Assembly: GCA_965261395.1 (NCBI GenBank)
Contig: OZ253462.1
Coordinates: 2,112,001-2,176,000 of the forward strand
Direction: 5' to 3'
DNA length: 64,000 bases
Source of the DNA: Candidatus Latescibacterota bacterium
GTDB taxonomy: Bacteria > Latescibacterota > UBA2968 > UBA8231
Positions 58,909-64,000 of the stretch are shown piece by piece; within the stretch, counting starts at the first letter, position 1; the number at the start of each line of letters is the position of its first letter. A program made the translations under genes and the position numbers. The notes under the pieces were generated by a model. The model saw nothing but the letters and a program-made list of their open reading frames with translations. It ran no database searches and was not told where the DNA came from.

Positions 58909-60093
58909 GGCTTTGTTGCATGAAAACCGGTCGGGGCCGTGTTGGCTTCTTTCGCGTGTGATTTACGCTTTTTTGGTTAGCGGATAGGACTCAGGTTTCG
59001 CCAACGCCCGCATCCGGTTGAGCAAGGCACAGCCCAACCGCGCTTCGGTCTGTTGGTTGGTTAGGGTTCGGGTGCGCAAGGTGTCACCAAGTATCTGTTT
59101 GTAGCGGCCTATCTGCGTTTCGGCTACCGAGCGTCGATGATAGCCGCTCTCGTGTTTCCAACCTCGACGGCCCCGTTTGCGGATGGCTCGAATCGTCTCA
59201 TCGCGGGGCAACGGCTCGGCGTTGGTGTTGCCATGTTGCTCGATTTTGGCGTCCTTGCGCGGCGGAATGATCGGATGAATAGGTGCCCCCTGCTCGGGCG
59301 CGGCCAACGCCTTGAACACCTTGCGTTTGTCATAGGCCCCATCGCCGCCCAACGCCTCCACGGGGGCCTCGATCTGTGCCAGCAACGGCTCCACCTGCCC
59401 CGCATCATCGTGGCTATTCGTCGTCAAGGTCTGCGCGACGATCTCGCCGGTGGCTTCATTAACCCCGAGGTGCAATTTGCGCCACGTGCGCCGCTTGCTC
59501 CAGCCGTGCTGACGCACCTTCCATTCGCCTTCGCCATACACTTTCAGCCCGGTCGAATCCACCACCAAGTGCATCGGTTGGTCTCCCCGCTGGGGCGGCC
59601 ACGCCACGGCTAAACCCGCCTGACGGCGCGACAGGGTCGTGTGATCGGGCACCCGCAGATCCAAGCCCATCAGGGCCAACACCGAAGCGACAAACCCCTC
59701 GGTTTGGCGTAGGGGCAAGTGATACAAAAGACGCAGCGTCAACGCCGTTTGGATGGCGACCTCCGAAAAGGTATATTGCGCCCCCCGCTGAGGCGGCCCT
59801 TGATAATACCAAGCTTCGACGGCCTGGGGCGTGAACCACACCGTCAGACTACCGCGCTGTTGCAGCCCGGCCTCATAGTCGGCCCAATTACGTACCCGGT
59901 ACACGACGTTGGAGCGACGGCGAGGCGAGCGACCAGGCTTGACGGAAGAGGGGCAAGACGATAGGTTGGCCATGACAGGTTCCTTGGACGAGAAAGCATG
60001 GGTTTTTTGGCGAAAGTCGTGCTCAATCTACTGAGGAGCCTGTTTTTATTCAACCGATCAACCGAAAAAAACACCAATTCATGCACCAAAGCC
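58909..60093 (-). mobile_element. IS5 family (IS903 group) element, isoform B copy 2
   Basis: Same TIRs as copy 1; 9-bp target duplication CCTTGAATA at 58900-58908 and 60094-60102. Confidence 0.96.
58963..59973 (-). CDS. IS903-like transposase
   Basis: Protein identical to 52573-53583. Confidence 0.95.
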   Translation of the reverse strand: MANLSSCPSSVKPGRSPRRRSNVVYRVRNWADYEAGLQQRGSLTVWFTPQAVEAWYYQGPPQRGAQYTFSEVAIQTALTLRLLYHLPLRQTEGFVASVLALMGLDLRVPDHTTLSRRQAGLAVAWPPQRGDQPMHLVVDSTGLKVYGEGEWKVRQHGWSKRRTWRKLHLGVNEATGEIVAQTLTTNSHDDAGQVEPLLAQIEAPVEALGGDGAYDKRKVFKALAAPEQGAPIHPIIPPRKDAKIEQHGNTNAEPLPRDETIRAIRKRGRRGWKHESGYHRRSVAETQIGRYKQILGDTLRTRTLTNQQTEARLGCALLNRMRALAKPESYPLTKKA

Positions 60094-60853
60094 CCTTGAA
60101 TACAAAGGCACCTCGGGCAAACCCGATTACGCGCTATTCTCGCATGGCAACGTGGTCGCACTCATTGAAGCAAAGAAATTGGAGACACCACTAGCCCGTA
60201 TCAAAGTGGAGCAGGTGATAAAGTACGCGCGTGATAAGGCACTCACCAGTTTGAAATACGTCGTGTGGACTAACGGCGATCACTGGCAGATATGGTCAAT
60301 GGAGGAGGATCGAGAAGAGTCGTTCCAGCTCTCTAACACGCAAGAGTACGAATGCGCGGCAAAGGTAATACAGCTATTGCGTAGTGCGTTGGAAGTGCAG
60401 GAGATGTCATCGACGCCTAAGCCCAGTCGTGTGCATGAGACCATTGATCCGTCCAATAACGGCGATTGGGAGCCGCTTACGTCATTAAAGGTAGAAAGAG
60501 GTCAGAAACTTCCGACGAACACCAATATCAAGTTTCCGGACTCGAGTACAAAACCGCTCAAGCATTGGACCGATATGCTCGCCTTCGTTGCGGAGTACTT
60601 GGTTAAAACGGGCAAGATTTCAGCACAGAATTGTCCAGTAATTAAGGGAAATTCAAAACTATACCTTCTACATACTGAACCGATTCACCGGGACCTCAAG
60701 GAGTTTATGGCCAAGCGAGAAATCGGGAACGGGTTATGGTTGCTTACCTATTTTAGCGCAGATAAAATGCACGAAAACGCCTGTTGGCTCCTCGATAAAT
60801 TCGGCGTCAACCCCTCCACCGTCCTCATCAGCACCAACCAGAGCTAGCCCCCG

Positions 60854-62173
60854 ATGCCGTCCTTCCTCCACAAAGCCTACATCGCCACCCTAATCTGCTG
60901 CCTCCTATTCCTCGCCTTCATCTACGGCATAGTCTCGGCGATCTTCCACCTCTCCCCTGCTCCCGACATCCGCATCCACGCCGTCAACGCCTACGGCCAC
61001 CTCGCCTATCTCTACGAAAGCCTCACCGACACCAAAAACCAATTCACCAGCACCATGTGGTTTGAAGACGCCAGCGCGCCATCCGGAGCCATAATCCACA
61101 ACGCCGCCGCCATGCAGCCCGGCCTGACCCTCGTATCCAAAAACGCCACCGCCGCCGTGCTCATGGACTCGCTCGGCAACATCGTCCACCAGTGGAAATG
61201 CGACTTTGCTGAAGCCTTTGACGAAGACGACTTCGCCGCCTTCCCGCAGCAACCCGACATGCTGCACTGGCACCGCACCCACCTATACCCCAATGGCGAC
61301 CTCCTCGCCAACCACGACTACGTCAACCACTACCCGTACGGCTACGGCCTCGTCAAACTCGACAAAAACTCACAAGTCATCTGGAAATACACCGGCACCG
61401 CCCACCACGACTTCGACCTCGACGATCAAGGCAACATCTACTCGATCGTCCAAGAAATCGGCACCGCGCCCATCGGCAACATCCAACCCCCGTACATCGA
61501 AGATTTTGCCGTGGTCATCGACGAAGCAACCGGCCAAGAAAAGCGGCGCTTTTCCATCTTCCGCGCTCTGAAAAACTCGCCGTATCGCAGCGTGTTCGAC
61601 CGCTGGCAGACCACCCGCCACAGCGAAGTCACCCACACCAACGCCATCCGCCTAATCCCGCCGGATTGGGCCGCCCACATCCCGCGCGCCAAAGCCGGCG
61701 ACCTGCTCATCTCCCTGCGCAACCCCAACGCCCTCATCATCGTCGATCCCGCCGAGCAACAAGTGATCTGGTATGGGGAAGGAATCTGGAAACAGCAGCA
61801 CGACCCCGACTTGCTGCCCAACGGCCGCGTGCTGCTCTTCGACAACCAAGGCCTGCGCGGCAGCCCCTTCGGCCAAAGCCGCGTACTGGAAATCGATCTA
61901 TTTACGCACGAAATTTACTGGGATTACAAAGGCACCAGCCCCGACCACCTGTTCGACAGTTGGATCCGCGGTGCCCAACAGCGCCTGCCCAACGGCAACA
62001 CCCTCATCACGGAATCGCAACGCGGGCGCTTGCTCGAAGTCACACCAGCCGGCGCAATCGCGTGGGAATACTACAATCCAGATCGCGCCGAATACCAGGG
62101 CAAGCCCCTGCGCGGCATGATGACCCAAGCCCAAAGGATACCCCAAGATGCCCTGTCATTTCTCGACAATTAG
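60854..62173 (+). CDS. Arylsulfotransferase (ASST)-like beta-propeller protein
   Basis: N-terminal TM, AHHDF, THTNAI, LISLRN, QQHDP, FDN, QRLPNGNTLITES. Confidence 0.85.
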   Translation: MPSFLHKAYIATLICCLLFLAFIYGIVSAIFHLSPAPDIRIHAVNAYGHLAYLYESLTDTKNQFTSTMWFEDASAPSGAIIHNAAAMQPGLTLVSKNATAAVLMDSLGNIVHQWKCDFAEAFDEDDFAAFPQQPDMLHWHRTHLYPNGDLLANHDYVNHYPYGYGLVKLDKNSQVIWKYTGTAHHDFDLDDQGNIYSIVQEIGTAPIGNIQPPYIEDFAVVIDEATGQEKRRFSIFRALKNSPYRSVFDRWQTTRHSEVTHTNAIRLIPPDWAAHIPRAKAGDLLISLRNPNALIIVDPAEQQVIWYGEGIWKQQHDPDLLPNGRVLLFDNQGLRGSPFGQSRVLEIDLFTHEIYWDYKGTSPDHLFDSWIRGAQQRLPNGNTLITESQRGRLLEVTPAGAIAWEYYNPDRAEYQGKPLRGMMTQAQRIPQDALSFLDN

Positions 62174-62375
62174 CCTCGTTTGCGCGCTCCTGCTCCTGTG
62201 CAGCAGCGCCGCCCACGCCTACATCGGCCCCATCATCATCATCGGCGCAATCGGCAGCATGTTCGGCTGGGTCGCCGCCGTCGTCATCGCCGCCGCCCTC
62301 GTCGCCTCGTACCCCTTTTACGTGCTGTACCGCCGCAAAAACAAACGCAAACAAAGCAAGAGCGAACTGCCCTAG
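62148..62375 (+). CDS. Small membrane protein (signal-AHA/YIGP-TM-basic tail)
   Basis: Hydrophobic, overlaps the ASST stop, same C-rich codon style. Confidence 0.6.
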   Translation: MPCHFSTISLVCALLLLCSSAAHAYIGPIIIIGAIGSMFGWVAAVVIAAALVASYPFYVLYRRKNKRKQSKSELP

Positions 62376-63097
62376 CGCCCGTGCTCCCGCAGTAGCTGTA
62401 TCCCGTGCGCCAACGCCCCAGGCGTATCCACATCCTGCCACCAAGCCGCCCCAATATCCAACGCGCGCAACCGGCCCCGCTCGATCAGCATCCGCATCCC
62501 ATCGGTCAAGCTGCAATCGCCCCGGCGCGCTTCCACCTCGCCCAGACGCGCCACCACCGCGTCGCTGCAAGCGAACAGGCCGGTATCGACGGCGTTGAAA
62601 TCCGTTAGCTCCTTGCCAATCGCCGCGATGCGCTCGCCCTCTAGCCGCACCTTCGTCGCATCGTCCATGTCGTAGATCGAGTCCAGTTTGCGATCCACCG
62701 CCAAGACAACCTCGCCGAGACTCAGGCTGACGCCGCGCATCGCGGTGATCATCTCCGGGTCGAAGAGATGATCGGCCATCATCAATAGGTACTCCTCGGC
62801 GAGCACCTCGGTCGCCGCCAACACCGAAATCCCATTGGATAGCTTCCATTGCGGATTCTCGACAAATCGCAGCCCAATCCCCAGACCACTCACCCCGTTC
62901 AGAGCCGCACACACATCCGCGCCGCAATGCCCAGTGACCACGACGATCTCCCGCAGGCCACTTTGCTCCAGCATCCGGCAGGTGCGCACCAACAGCGGCT
63001 CGCCTTCCATTTGCACTAGGGCCTTGTGCGTTACCGGAACGTAGTCGCGCAAGCGAGAGCCGTGCCCGGCGGCCAAAATAAGCGCTTGGTCAATCAC
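62372..63097 (-). CDS. NTP transferase (phosphocholine/inositol-phosphate cytidylyltransferase-like)
   Basis: ILAAGHGSRL, MADH, DATKV, VDTG, WQDVDT. Confidence 0.85.
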   Translation of the reverse strand: MIDQALILAAGHGSRLRDYVPVTHKALVQMEGEPLLVRTCRMLEQSGLREIVVVTGHCGADVCAALNGVSGLGIGLRFVENPQWKLSNGISVLAATEVLAEEYLLMMADHLFDPEMITAMRGVSLSLGEVVLAVDRKLDSIYDMDDATKVRLEGERIAAIGKELTDFNAVDTGLFACSDAVVARLGEVEARRGDCSLTDGMRMLIERGRLRALDIGAAWWQDVDTPGALAHGIQLLREHGR

Positions 63098-63122
63098 AAC
63101 ACCTCTCCTTCAGCGGGAAACA

Positions 63123-63377
63123 CTACCGACCGACGCTTTGCAATTCTTCGCGTATGACCCGGCGCAGCGTGGCTTCGTCAAGAGCGTCACCCTGCTGCTT
63201 GAGGTACTCTCGCAGCGCCTGATTAATCATGGTTTGATAGCCCATGCCTTCGCTTTCCGACCGAGCGCGAAAGCTATTCAACACCTCGTTATCGAGATAA
63301 ATGGTAACGCGGGTTTTGCCTCTCTGGGCTGCGACCGGCCCCCGCTTCCCCTGACTGAAATCATATTCCTTCTTCAT
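63123..63377 (-). CDS. brnA: BrnA-family antitoxin
   Basis: EYDFSQGKRG...KTRVTIYLDNEVL..FR......GYQTMINQALREY. Confidence 0.88.
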   Translation of the reverse strand: MKKEYDFSQGKRGPVAAQRGKTRVTIYLDNEVLNSFRARSESEGMGYQTMINQALREYLKQQGDALDEATLRRVIREELQSVGR

Positions 63378-63633
63378 AATTTCGCTGCTCCGCTTGAGTA
63401 GCTCTCCGAGCTGATATAAGCCTAATAGTTTCCTGGCGATAGGTATACACTACGACGAGGATACGCCCTAAAGCATCTAAGCCTATCGTTACGAACCTCT
63501 GCTCTTCATCAACCCGATCATCTTCGATCGTCACGCCATAGGGATCGAATAACACAGGTTCTGCATCCGAGAAAGCAACGCCATGTTTTGCAAAATTTGC
63601 GCTTGCTTTAGGCGGATCCCATCTGATGTCCAT
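63361..63633 (-). CDS. brnT: BrnT-family toxin
   Basis: WDPPKASANFAKHGVAF, EQRFVTIG, LVVVYTYR...IRLISARRAT..E. Confidence 0.92.
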   Translation of the reverse strand: MDIRWDPPKASANFAKHGVAFSDAEPVLFDPYGVTIEDDRVDEEQRFVTIGLDALGRILVVVYTYRQETIRLISARRATQAEQRNYEEGI

Positions 63634-63667
63634 GATTGAATATATGTATAATGTGCATACGTTGCTA

Positions 63668-64000
63668 TTAACCGATGATAAAGACCCTGTTACCGGTCTT
63701 GCCGGTAAAGTAGTCGATGACAATCCACAGGCCGTTGCACAGGCTCTCGCCCATAATCAGCCCCAAGAAGAAGCGCACGCTCGCCGCGTAAATCGCCGGC
63801 CCGCCAAAGCGCAGCACGAGCCGCTTGACCGCCCAGGCAATGAGAATGCTGAACCATATCTTGTCCATCAGGTGATTGGCCGCCACGGCAAAACCCAGCG
63901 GGTGCAAAGGCCACCAGAGCACGTGATGCCGCGCCCACATCAGCAAGAGCATGACCGCACCGCCGCCAGCGCAAAAAGTGAGTCCGTCCCAAGCCACGCC
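63668..64000 (-). CDS. C-terminus of a multi-TM protein (DUF6784/6785-like), runs off the window end
   Basis: WWPLHPLGF...WFSILIAWAVK..VLRFGG...Y....FFLGLIMGE. Confidence 0.7.
   Translation of the reverse strand, partial: GVAWDGLTFCAGGGAVMLLLMWARHHVLWWPLHPLGFAVAANHLMDKIWFSILIAWAVKRLVLRFGGPAIYAASVRFFLGLIMGESLCNGLWIVIDYFTGKTGNRVFIIG

Larger units (their letters stand above)
58718..60847 (+). pseudogene. HsdR-N-like restriction endonuclease-fold protein interrupted by an IS
   Basis: ETRTRQLLIDPMLEALGWD...VHLE|YKGTSGKPDYAL...LIEAKK...WTNGDHW reassembles across the IS. Confidence 0.88.

Noticed and set aside
52519-60093. Composite transposon bounded by the two identical IS copies
   Set aside because: The right copy has its own 9-bp duplication and the outer flanks do not match.
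1-64000. tRNA, rRNA or riboswitch genes
   Set aside because: None recognisable by eye; a tRNAscan-SE/Infernal run would be needed to exclude them.

Overview
Bacterial chromosomal window. The gene content (PhyH dioxygenases, plant-type LRR lipoproteins, an ankyrin remnant, sulfotransferases, many decayed IS/TA/RM modules) resembles marine sponge-symbiont genomes; that is an inference and the taxon is not established. The backbone carries hflX, a gluconokinase, a nine-gene Mrp/Mnh antiporter cluster, a divergent serS and folD. About 5.6-21.4 kb is a layered accessory island. It contains four IS91/ISCR-type remnants interleaved with DUF6602, HEPN-like, ankyrin and DUF4429/SHOCT genes, an IS903-like IS5 element, two adjacent IS1595-type elements, a decayed sigma54 activator and an Mre11/Rad50-like pair. 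The best novelty candidate is a 2.3-kb transposase-free cassette (15012-17327) with 25-bp terminal inverted repeats and an 8-bp target duplication. It carries an overlapping three-gene operon ending in a small ADP-ribosyltransferase-like protein, a candidate mobile toxin/defence system. Also notable: an OSGIN-like flavoprotein, an LRR-lipoprotein array with a collapsed third copy and LacI-like operators, and an orphan RpnS-like internal start. All family calls come from motif recognition by eye; no searches were run.
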